The translations under genes were made by a program, and so were the position numbers. The notes under the pieces are model-generated. The model was not told the DNA's origin. It ran no database searches and was given only the letters and a program-made list of their open reading frames with translations. From positions 21,328,001-21,392,000 of the forward strand of contig NC_135767.1 of the NCBI RefSeq assembly GCF_052425735.1: a stretch of DNA of 64,000 nt, written 5' to 3'. This DNA comes from Oculina patagonica (taxonomy: Eukaryota). Of this stretch, positions 12,943 to 25,230 are shown piece by piece (within the stretch, counting starts at the first letter, position 1; every line of letters begins with the position of its first letter).

Positions 12943-14451
12943 CGGGCGCTGCTAAAGCATCCTCATTTTTCAATTACCTCTGTGTACGGCGAAAATGGCT
13001 CTGACATTTCAGTAGCGGAGTTGTTTCTCACTACGCCGCGCTATAGGAGAACTGTTTCCCTTGCGAAGAGTTTATAGATATCATAAATCGTTTATAACAG
13101 ACTATATCACAGAAACGTTTGGAATGTTTTTCATAAATTTATTTTAAATTATTTCATATGTACAAAAGAAAAGCTCTTCTCCATTTTACTAGCGGTAATG
13201 CAATTACATGTACAGCTACTTATATCGGATAAAAACATCGCCTTGGTTTTAAATATGCATTTACGTATTTTGCAAAATTTTCAAATAGGTTTAAAGGCCA
13301 GAACAAAAAAGATCCGGCCGCTTTTCACCAAGGTTACCTAATAAAATATACCTTTTGAGAAATCTTTTCCGTCTCGTTTATTTAGTATATAAAGTATTTT
13401 CAATTTAAATTTCCCCCTTTCCCCTGTTCTCCTTTTGGATAATGTTTTTGAAACCCATAATCACTATTAGAAAAAAAAAATGTTACTAACTCCACTGCAA
13501 ACTGTTGCATCGATGAACTTCCGGAGACCAAAATTGTTCTTAACAAAATTGTGAGGGAAGTGTTGTGAGTTGCGCACGAGTTTTGGTGATTCTCGTACCC
13601 AGGACCCTTTGTTGTGAAACTGGATTTTTCCGTGGGCAATCTTTAAATATAATTTCAAAATTATAAGTCTCAATGCAGTTTACTATTTCATAACAAATTG
13701 ACGGTAAATTTATGGCGAAAAAGCAAACGTACTCAAAGATATACAAAAAAATTTTAAGTTGTATGCATGATGGCCTATTGAATTTAATTTAATTTTATAT
13801 CTGGATTTATTGTAATGCCATGAAAATGAATGTTAGAAAATCTATGGTACAATTCTTACTTTAGGCCTTTGTCCTGTGATGAAGTAACTTAAACCTGTGT
13901 ACAGTAAAACTGAAACAGTTCTTCTTCTTTTTTTTTTTTTTTTTTTGCCCCTTTTCTTTTCTTTTTTTTTCTTTTTTTTCCTTTTCCGTGTCCAACCCAG
14001 TTCAAAAGCTGAATACCATAGTAACATTTTGTGAATTGTTACTGTTTCAGAATTGTTGCCACAAAAACACCTTCGAATTATGAAACTTTTTTCTAGCCCA
14101 TGAATCTCTTACATTACCTTCTTATTGAAATTTTGTAAATGATGAACATATGACTGGCGTTAAAATCGAAAAAAAAAAATGCTATCTACACTTTAAGTTC
14201 CTTACGACATTTTGAAAAATTGCGCTTAACTAACATCACAAGTTTAACTTGTTGATCTCGTCTACTGTTTCTATTTGCATCGTCGCAATCCTGAGATAAG
14301 ATTTTCGGTGACAATCGTTGACACTTCGGGAATGTTCGGCCATTCGGTCTTCTAAGAAACACTAGCCGCCAGCTTCACTTTTGCCGCGATGCCTCAGTAT
14401 TATGTCATTATTATCTGCGATATTGCACCCTGGTTTTATCTTGCTCGGGAT

Positions 14452-17400
14452 CTACTTCATACTCAGCGCTTTGTTGTTTAACACAACAACATAGTCTACT
14501 GAAAAACGATTTCTTCTCGGCCCGAGCGCGCGCCTTCTCTGGTACTCCAGTTCCGGGCTGTACCTATCGCTATTTCTGAAATCCCTTCGTTGTCCCTTTT
14601 TAGACCTCGCTGTTCTTCTTCGCTTCGCCTCTCTCATAATCTCGTTCTTTTTCCTCAGGAGTGTTCCTGTACTGGTCAGTAGATCAGGACCTTCAGCCGT
14701 CCTCGAGTCTGGTTGTGTAGGCGATGGACTCCCACCAGCGTCTTTCAAATCGACATCACTAAACGCACTATTCACACCATATCCACCCATTTCTACATCT
14801 ACAGCTCTTTCACTATAAAACGGAAAATCTGTCATGGTCCCCACCTCTGTAGTCGATTTTTCAGTCGCCGCCGCAACTGCTGCTGCTGGCTTCTCCTTTT
14901 GTTTCGTCAAAGTGAGGTATTGAATCTCATTTTCTTGCTCTCTACAAGTCTCCTCTATTCGGCGTTGCTTGTTGAGCAGCGCTTTCTCTCGTAGCTGCGA
15001 GCTTTCCAAACACGCCTCAAAATCTTTTTCTCTTTCAAGCGCATCGCTCAGTTCATCCAGAGCTTCTGTCAAGTCGCTCTCCAAAATTAAAATTTTTTGC
15101 TTGAAATCCTCAGTTACTCTCTGTGATATAAAAAAGATATAAATCAGGGGGGTAGGAACAGTATACAGGGGACACTGGGATACAGTATTTTTACACTAGA
15201 GTGTAGGGTGAAAGATACTGTGACATCAAAAAAGATATAAATCAGAATGGTGTCAAAAAGTAGGTCCGCTTTGCGTGCATAGTTGATTAGAAGGTTTAAG
15301 AAGTTTCTTGCTTTTAGAATGAACCTACGAAACATTTAGAGACAATATCCTCTATAAATTCCAGATTCTCAAAATGGACATTAAAAGACGTGTATGGCTG
15401 TCAGGAAAATTAGTCTATTGTAAGTTTGAGAGTGATACAAGAAGGGTTTTATTTATCGTTTCCAGCCATTGCTCACTACGTGATTTAAAATGGCGGATAG
15501 CGTTATCAGAGGTCACAGATAAGAAGACGAAGCAAATCGGAACTAGATATTGTAAATCGGAAACGACCCGACAGTTTAAATATCCCGAATTGTTCCGATG
15601 TACTCCGAGTTTGCTGTTATGTTGTTGTTGTTCTTGTGCTGCTATTTTTGTTGTTTGTTTGTTTGTTTTGATGTCTTGAAGTGTAAACTCAACTGCAGAG
15701 AATTATATATTTTCTTACCTCCCTTTCTTTCTGTTCCATGTAAAGTCTAAGTTTCAAATCGAAGTTCTCTTTCTTTAGCTCTTGAATTAACTGCAAGAAT
15801 CGGAGATTAAAATTCAGTGACGGAGTTATAGCCAGGATTCCATTTAGATTCGCGCTAACGTTTCTAGCATTGCAACTGTCAGAGCCGGTTACCTTAAGGG
15901 AGCGGTCTTGTCAGTCTAACTACTCGAAATCTGGAATGACAACCATAGCCGCCCACATTTCTCCTGGCATTAAAAGACTCGAGACTAACTGAAAAGTTAT
16001 ATTACTCCGTCTCTTCGTTACTTTTGCCATTACCTTCTTTGTATTTGCTTTTTATTTAAATGTCCCTTCACTTTTTAGAAGTTTATATTTCGCCAAATAT
16101 GATGCATATCGGCTCATGCCTTGACAAATCCGTGACACAGTCCCTTTAATTGCAGATAAGTAGCTTACTGTAATCAAAACAAGGGTTATAAAGTATAGTT
16201 AAGATGGTTTCCCCCAACGAGAGGAAGTACGACCTCAGCGTGAAACAAGCAAGCACGGACCCGAGATGAGGCCGGGGGCGCGAGGACCGAGGGGGGCGAC
16301 AATGCAAAGACAGAAGGCTGAGGCGCCGGCTCGAATTTCAGCGGAATCCGTCTAAGTCCCAAGAAGTGAGACATTTTCACGCCAAATAATGCCACGATTT
16401 TAAAACTCAAAAATGCGTCAAAAAAATCGGAAAAAGTTTTCCAGATTGTTCGATTATGTTCGTAAATTAAACCTGGCGTAATAAAATATGAAGATACAGC
16501 AATAATTTTTTGAACACAATTTCTAAAATGTTTGAATTGATGACTCTTTTCCTTCCAGTAATATATTTTTAGTTTATGTTTCTACATGAAGGAAACACAC
16601 GATTGCTGTTGCGATTTCAAAGAATCTCAACAATGTTATAATTGCGTACTTTAACTGCATATTTAAATAAATTATAAAAATAATATGGCAACAAGTTTCT
16701 GAAAAGCCACTTTACGTATTAAGATGGTTAACTTTATAAATGTTTTAAATTGCTTTTAAAGTAAAACAATATTGTTTACTGAAACTTTAAAACAAATGTT
16801 TTTTTTTGTATTACTATAAATCAGTTGTTACTCTCATAACAAAAGTTGATTGGTTTACATTCATGTTGCACGTCACGCGAAATTTTAAAAGATATATATA
16901 ATATAATTTCCTCAAACACATAGCAATTTTCTGAAAAATTTAGCAGTTTGATATAAACACTTACCGTTTCATGGTCCTTGATCGTGTGACCACCAGGCGA
17001 GGCAACTGGAAAAACAACAACAAAATCCCTACATGAGCAATATTAGACATAAACTCAATTTACACCTATAAGAAAAAAATAGTTGCAACAGCGGTGAACC
17101 ACAAACTGAATAAAGATAAGATTTTTAAATTATTGTTTTAAATTTTTTAGCGAGTTGTTTAGCAGCTGTAGTAAAATTTATTTTTTTATTTATCTTTTTT
17201 CAAGATGTTTTTGATGAGTTTTGTAGAGTTTTATAAACAAAGTAAAACGTCACAATACGCCGACACGGCCATGTTTTTACACGAATTTCGCGTGCCGGAA
17301 ACTATGACGGAATTTAAGCACGGAACTTACAAAAGAAGCTTCCACGAGATGATTTTCGTTCGGTATTCTTTCGACTATCCTTCTAAGATATTAAATTATT

Positions 17401-18822
17401 AAACATCGATATAAAATATTGATTTGTTGCTTAACCTACCGCTCAAGGCTTCGAGCTGCTCAAGGCTCCTATAACTTTGCATCTTGGCTTTGTCTAATTC
17501 CTCTGTATAAGAAAAAACAAAATAATAAATAAGTAAAAGGCTAGCATTACTGCGTAACGTAAGAATTAAATTTTAAGCGAAAGCTAGTGACTTGATCTTT
17601 GTATGAAATAACAATATCACTCATAAATGAGAATGACTGAGGCATTGTTAAGGTCGGATGAATTTAAACCTGGTATTGATCGCGAGTAATTTCCCGCAAA
17701 ATATCTTAAATGGCAGCAAAATGGCAGACGCTACCTTATCACTAAATGTAGCGGGCTTAAGGTCGACGCAGAGATCGGATATTTCATTAAACAATCGGCT
17801 TACCTACGTAAAAAGTGTGATCAGTCTCAGTGCTCAACTTGGCCTGGTTGATTTTTGAATAAATGTTTGATAAATGAGTTTGTTAATTCGCGTTTACAAT
17901 CCAATTCTTTGGCCCTACGGCTATGGATGGATTCCCTGTCGATTGAAAGCGCTATCTGGTCTCCAATTTCACTTCAAGGATGTAAATCTTAATCCTGGTT
18001 ACATGATAACATCGGTGAAAAATAAATACATCGCTGAATCTTCAAATATGTTATAGATTCGAAACATCCATAGCTGAAAGCAATAAATTGCCCTGGGTTA
18101 TTTTCTTTTCCGCACGGTGATTCTACCAATGGCGTATGTCTTTCGCAAATTAATAATAATGACGAGTAAATAGCTGTCTTTATTTTGCACAGGTGGGTCT
18201 CTGAAACTCTAGTACCTTCTTTTATTTGCAAAGCTCGACTTATAACAACATTCAAGCGAATCTGGTGACCTTTATATCAACAAAATGCTCGTTGAATCAT
18301 CTTTCCATTTTTGCGAGGCAGTTCCCGTGACGAACCTATTTTTAGAAGAATAGAGCACGATAATGGCTTTCTTAGCCTATTAGAGAGTGAAAATGGTTGT
18401 TATAATCGGTGGCTTTACAAACATAAAGTTCACTTCGAGTCAAATCTTGTCGTTTTGAAAGAAAACGGGGGATGTCTGAAACATGGCATTGTACGTCAAC
18501 ATAAGTGAGATGTAGAAATATATTGTTTTCTTTTAACCCATAAAACTGGCAAAAGTTCCTTTCTCAAACATTGTTTTCTTCAAATAGATAAATTTGAAAA
18601 GCAAGATAGATGAGATTCGTTACCAACCAAGGATTACTAAAATGACTATATACTTCACGTGAAAAAGCCTCTTTGAAATAGTAAGATTCGTTGTATTGTA
18701 AACTTCTACACTGAAGAATTTTCCGTAATGATAGTGTCGATCTGCTGTATAAATGTTGGTTTTAAGAGTTGGTCGACAAGTTTCGATGCCAAATGAAACC
18801 ACGTACCTTTATGGTCCCCCAT
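14452..18822 (-). CDS. Short CM1 (centrosomin motif 1 / gamma-TuNA) coiled-coil protein, CDK5RAP2/myomegalin/Cnn-related, 286 aa, 5 coding exons
   Basis: Minus-strand exons 18822-18807 (gccATGG start), 17502-17440, 17005-16965, 15790-15719 and 15120-14452. All are GT-AG and phase-compatible (861 nt). The product begins MGDHKEELDKAKMQSYRSLEQLEALSVASPGGHTIKDHETLIQELKKENFDLKLRLYMEQKERERVTEDFKQKILILESDL. The CM1 consensus (MKDFENQITELKKENFNLKLRIYF in CDK5RAP2) is clearly recognisable. The 16-nt first coding exon is the least certain part. Confidence 0.8.
15898..16145. mobile_element. Deleted copy of the 43505 MITE family
   Basis: Ends in aaatccgtgacacagtccct-TTAA; internal sequence is similar to 43740-43900. 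Confidence 0.65.
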
Positions 18823-20719
18823 GGCAGATTGTCAGTCACAAAACGACAGAGTCAATCGTTATACTTCCAAATCTAACAAGGATTCGCTTCTGCCAAAGCT
18901 AACACAAATCTGTCTCTAAAATGATATTGGTTCCCTTCTTTGGCGTCGAGCAAGTTTCTAGCACGTAAATGGGGGGTTTAAGTTCAGCGACGATATTGTA
19001 ATTTTAAATTTAATTTATTCGTTTTCGCAAAAAAGGAAGTTTATACGTAGAACAATAGCGGAATATTATAGCATCGGGTATATTTACTACTTCGTCATTT
19101 TAGAAGACAAAAATACATAATTAAAAAGGAAATTATGAGAGTGATGTAATTTGACGAATTTAGACAAAAATTATCTATCACTTTCGACATATTATTGGCC
19201 GACAAACAAAAAATACAATATATATTCGATCGTTAGCATATATTGCTACGAAATTCCTTGAAAGTAATATCAAAATTTGAAAGAAGCTACTTAAAATTAT
19301 ATTTATATACGATGAGCAAGCCATTCTTTAAAAAGTAGTATTTACTTCGTTTCTCATAGCTAGAGCTTTTTTAACATTAAAATGCACTAATCCCGGCTAC
19401 CTATACTTATCTTGGAAGTGCCGTGTTAAGATACACATTTGTGTGCATGCATCAGCCATTTTGCGGTTAAAATTTCTAATCATGCACGTGTTGTACAAAA
19501 ATAACCAACTTTCCTACCGCGACCTACAGTTAATTATATTCTATTTTTACTTATGGTCTATATAACTGACGCGCAGTTATAAATCTGGACGGACCATACC
19601 CTAATGAGTCCCTAATGTCTTTTATTTTCGAAGAGTTTATTTTCGATAATTTCACGAGCCAAAATTAAAAGCGCAAAAGTTTGTCCTTGAAATGAAAGGT
19701 AAATATTCCCTGAGTGACTCTTCGCGATACTCAAAAAATACAAAACTGTAATAACGGGACCGATTTCGTGAACTTGAGGCGAATTTCTAAACCTCAACAA
19801 AAATAATAAAGAGCCGAGGGAAAGTTTGACTTCTGTTAGCCTGTATTGAGCGTAATAAAGAAAAGGTATTTTTCCATTCAAGCATATGGGCTCACAAATA
19901 TATTGTACTAATTTTCGAATTCAGATACAAAAACATCCCATAGTTGACATTTTATATCGCACAATGAAGAGGTCTTTTATCAGCAATATTTACCCGAAAC
20001 AAACCTGGTCTGTTGCCGTGAATTTGCATATGAGTTTGCTGATAATTTGTTTTTAGTATTGATAGCGCGTTGAATAGGGGAAACCAGGACTTGAATGACT
20101 GTAAAAGATATTGTGATCTAGTATAAACTTGGCAAGTTTTGCTGTCTACGTGTAGACGAGAAGGCTTTTTAAGAGAGCACGTTCACTATAGGTCTTGATT
20201 GCATGTCATTTAAAATTCGACACATTCGAAACGGAGCCATCGAAAGCATAATTACTAACAACGAATCGGCGATAGAGCCAGGTTTAACTCACACGCGTAA
20301 ATTTACTTATAAACTGGATAAAAGATAGGGAGGAAACGCGTTCGGGCGTTATAGCCTTCGCGTTAGAACCACTCAAGCGAAACGAGAAAACACGGGCACG
20401 CGCTTAAGACAGGCGTAATTTCGCGTAGAAGGATTGTTAAACAAGTGAACTTGGCAAGCTCCCAGTTGGTGAGGTTCTTGTTTTCTTTTAAATTTGAATT
20501 TTGAATTAAAAGCATCAGGTAGATTTTCGACAATATCGGTCTGGAAATTTAAGATCTGCATGCTGAATCCAAAAATGTTTTCTGTACATTGTATTAGCAC
20601 AGCTCGTCCGCTCCATCGCATTTCCTCAAAATAAACTCCGTATCGAATTTTCATTTTAAACGATTGTAGACAGGTTATCTTTCGTCAAGGAAAATAATTA
20701 GAAAATCGAGTTTTCTTAC

Positions 20720-21330
20720 CTTAAATTATTCCATGTAAAATCTCATATTTTCGTGTACTGAAAACGTCAAAATTTTCGTCTCAAATATTCACTTAGTAAC
20801 TTCCAAGGTTATATCCCTTCAAATCCACAGTTAGACCGTAAATTAGAGTGTGGATAAGCCTGAAATATTGATGACGGTTTCGTAAGTGTATAAAATAACC
20901 TGTCTTATTGTGTTTTTAGCCAATCAGCGGACGAGTTAGCGAGGAACCTTTTGTTTACGCGCCAGCTGAGTCAATGCCTCGTCTCGAAGTGGATGCCGGG
21001 AGGTAGAAGAACTACCGCCGTCATTTCACGTCACACGGAGTGTCATGGTGAAAGATTTCATCAAAACGCTCTCCGGCCTACACGTGTTACCTTTATTTGA
21101 ATATCCCCCGTTGTGGAAGATATTCTTAGCCTATAATATTATACTCCGTTTAAAGGAGATGAATCGCGTTTCAAACAGCCAGAAAGTCATAAAAAAGGTC
21201 GATAAATAGGATAATGTAAGATTGCAAAAATAGGATAATGTAAGTGTTGACGGTTTTTGCCGACTTGAACGTGAGGTTATTTTAGATAGGCGCGAAAAAT
21301 GGTTTTCTTGAGGAAGCGTCGCCTAGTAAC
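20720..21330 (-). promoter_or_regulatory. Putative 5'UTR exon and promoter of the CM1 gene
   Basis: Minus-strand donor AAG|GTAAG at 20720/20719. CCAAT box (agccaatcag) near 20920, TGTTTAC at 20952-20958, TGAGTCA at 20967-20973, and RFX X-box-like GTCGCCTAGTAAC at 21318-21330, all in a CpG-retaining region. Confidence 0.35.
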
Positions 21331-24300
21331 AACGACCTGAACAACTTGCACTTAGACAAAATAATTCAAAACAAGAGAGGATTTCTGGCTTGCCGGAATA
21401 GAGTTTGAGGAAATGAAATTTCAAAATAACAGTTGCACGACTGAAATATATTTTTCAGATAAAACAAAACTTCCTTACTTCAAAACTGATTTTGCAGTCA
21501 TGTCGTACGAATAAATTGGTAGCAAATTAAAGTTCACGGGCAAAAATCTATACCTAGAATGTTCCACGGATCTGCTATCGCCCGGGTACTTTTTTATTCT
21601 TTTTATCGAGAATAAGACGCTGAAAAATTATTGGCTTTTCAAAGAAGGGGACTACACAAATTGAAAAGTAAAAACCACTACAACAAAAATGATATGAAAC
21701 GACACAGTAATATTATTAAAAGTAGTTTATCGTGAGGTTGCATATCGTTAAATGCATAAATGTTACACCGATCGATACATTCTATTTTTTCGGAATAATT
21801 TCTGGTAAAATATAAGGCGAAGTTTGCATTCGTCAGGTTTCAAGACAATTATTCAGTTAAAACAACTTGTTGTATTTGTTAAGCAAGCACGTCCAGCTGG
21901 CCCTTTCAAAATACTATTTTGACTTGTAAACACGTTTCGCTTTTGATCGTTTTGTATTCACTTGTGCTCATTTTAATTTTTGATGGTGCTTTCAGAAGAA
22001 TAGGCGAGGCGGGAGGCCAAAAATAAAGAAGAAAAAAGCTATATTGGAATGCTTCTTTTCACTACAGACTCTAGTAATTCTCAGTTCATCCGTCCCTCCG
22101 GCATATACAAATTAAAACCTCTCGAAAATTCAACCGCTATATTAAAGCAACCTTCTAGTTTTAATCTATTATTGACAATGAAATATCGTTCATTACTTTC
22201 ATAAAATTTTAGTATCAATAAATTTTTTTCTCGAATTTTCTCTGGTAAAGGATTCAGAGGGATTCATATATACCAGAGTATATAGCAGTCCTATGCCAGG
22301 TCTAATGAGCAATTATGATTTCAGTACCCTAGATAACGGCACTGCCGCATCGCAAGATGGAGCAAGTTAGTAAACAAACCTACGTACAATGTCTTTATGT
22401 GATACTATCCGTCTTGTGCCTGTCTATCTGATCTGAAGAGATCGCTTCAGAATCCTTGCACGAATTTTCTACTCAATCATTTTATACAACCTACCTAACA
22501 GTCCAAGACTTTCCATTGCATGTTTTTGTAAAATAAAAACTCCACGTTGAATACGCTAGACGACCTTCAGTCTCGACCCAGAGTTCCACATTTTACAAAT
22601 CGCGCAAGGCTCTGGTAATCAGTAAAGGGCTACTGCTAGGGGCCAAAAAAGGGGAGGGGGGTGCGCCGGTGTTCTCATGTTATTTTATGGACTTAATTCA
22701 AGGCGCGTTGCAAAGCAATGATTTCCAATGAAAACTGATGTTAAAAATTGTTTAAGAACTGAATATGAATCGCGTTATAATTATTTGCTGTACTGAATAG
22801 CCATCTGACATTATTTAAGGGGATGTGCGATAGGTATAGAAGCCAGCAATGCTCAGAATCATTAATTGAACAACGCTCAAATTAAACCTTTGAGAAGCAA
22901 AATCAAACCACCCTGGAAAAAAGTCACACTTATTTTCACACTGAAAGATCATCTACCTTGGAAAACGTAAGTTATGTGAAAACAGGTTAATAATTCAAAG
23001 ACCGTGACCCCAATCCCCACCCCGCAGAAAAACGAACGTACGGAGCCTAGCCACTGTTTGGGGCGCCACGCAACGAAACGTTGTGTGACGGCACAATTAA
23101 CGGCTATAAAAGAGACTCCTTTCAGTGACCTGGGTTTGCTTGGCATTTGCTTCAGTCCCTTTCCTCACTAGCCTCCTACGCAGACGCTTTTTTCGATCGC
23201 CACGCTAGCACAAAGAGCTTTAGTGAATCGACGTTTGCAATTGAAGTTATCTCCCCGTGCGCGAAAATAATGCACATGTAACGCGCACTTCACGTTCGTC
23301 ACGCGTCACGTTGTACTTCAAAGAATCAGAGGACTTCCTTTATACCTGGAAGTTTTGCTGTCTAGCCACCAGTGCATACATTTAAAGCTAAATATATTTA
23401 CGCTATAAAAGCTCCATCAAAATAAAACTAAACCTAACCTACGGCTCAGTATTTTTCTTGTATAATTTCGCTTTAAAAACACGAAGGATCGAAAATTATT
23501 GTAAATAATAAGGTCGAGATAAGACCTGATCGCGCAGGAAATGAATGCATTAATTTTATATTCAATGTAAATGCCCATTAAAAAGTATCGGTAAATAAAA
23601 CAATAAGTTATGAAGTTTACAACTACGGATGAGCTTAATTTTACCTTCTTTTCCGCTGCAATAATGTCCTAAATGGAATATCGGTTAGAACGTGTTCATT
23701 GTATCAAAAATTATAGCCCGTCTGATCACATTTCACAGCACGTATAGTTTTCCCGGAAACGACAATGGCCATCATGTGACAAGCAAATTATTAACTAAAT
23801 CACTTTGTGCAAATCGAGGAAGATTCCTTTTGCTGGGAGTTTTAAATAAAAATACGCAGTTTAAATATATCAGCGATATTTTCCTGTATAGGCAACATGG
23901 CTAAGGTGAAAGGAACGGCGACCGAGCGCTGAGAAATACCAGCGAAAAACAATAGCAGACAAAAGCTAGCAATCAGCCTGCTCGCAAGCTCTCGATTCGA
24001 GGGTAATGTGAATTGAACCCTTCAGAGTTCCACCCCTTTAGGGATCACTTAAGTGGGTTCTTCAAAATCATCCCTACCCCACCCTTCACCCAATTAATTC
24101 TTAACTATCGCTACAGAAAAATTAAAGAAGCGACGTGTCACGCAAACATCAAGTCATGTCGCATCATGTCACGTACTCAGCCAGCGAGCTCAGTTACTTA
24201 TATACAATGGTCGTACGCACGCGATACCCGCGTTTTGAACTGTTATATGGCCTGTTTAGTTATTTTAGCGCATTTTTAAAAACGAGAGCGCGATCGCGAG

Positions 24301-25230
24301 AAGGCCACGCGAAGAAAAATCCTCGCGTGGCCCCCTCGCACTTTTCGAAGCTACGGCGCCTGCTACGCAGGCTAAGTTGCCTACGAAAGAAAAACTCCAA
24401 CCTGTATTCTTTCTCCATCGATCATCACTAGGCCTCCGAAACAAGAGATGAAGTGTCCACAGAGAGAAGAGCCCGAAGGAGGACGAGGAGGCGAGACAAA
24501 GAAAGTGTGGAGCGGGAAGAGCATGCAGCCCAGGACCGGCGCCACAAAAACGGAGGACGCGAACGACACCAGACACGAACTGGAGAGATCCAAATGAAAG
24601 CGAGGAGGCGATTAAGCGGACAGGAAAACCACAAGAGAATGAATAGAACTAAGAGAAATTGCTAAAACAGAAGTCTTTATGACATGCATAGAATCAGGTG
24701 GATTGAAAACGGCGGCTAAAACTTTTCTATTTTTTTTTTTTTAAATCGGATCCCCGTCCCCGGATGCACAATGTCTAGATCTGATGCCCTGAGTAGGGGG
24801 AGGTATGTCTGTAGCTCATTTCCGATTTTCGTTTCCGATCAGCGCAAGATATATATACTTGTATTGTTCAACGAATAAAATCAGCTCATAATGATATCCA
24901 GGATTTTTTTTGGCACAAAGATTCGTGAAAGCAGAAAAAGAAGAAAATGATAACTCCAAATATGGACAAAAGAGGAAATAATTTCCTGGAAAAAGCCCAA
25001 AAAAGAGCAGCCTCGCTTTCGAAAGCCTAAGTCGATGGAGCCTGGGTGCCAGCGTAGTTTCGAAGTTTCCTTCCGGCAAGCCAGCTCTCCTATGTGCGTG
25101 AATTTTGGTCTCAAAACAAAGAGTTTCTTGATCTAAAAACTTGCCAAAAACTGGCGAGTTCCTTCCTTGTTAAAGAACAATCATCAAGTATCAAGATGGC
25201 GTAGTGGCGTGCACGTTTTAGCAGATAAAA

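Noticed and set aside
20720-20734. ATG in the upstream minus-strand exon as the CM1 gene start
   Set aside because: It reads ATG GAA TAA, and the phase needed for direct splicing also hits TAA. The ATG at 18822 fits both frame and Kozak context.
24381-24665. Arg-rich protamine-like ORFs (also 11727-12066)
   Set aside because: By-products of T depletion, which removes stop codons; the 11.8-kb ones lie in a SINE.
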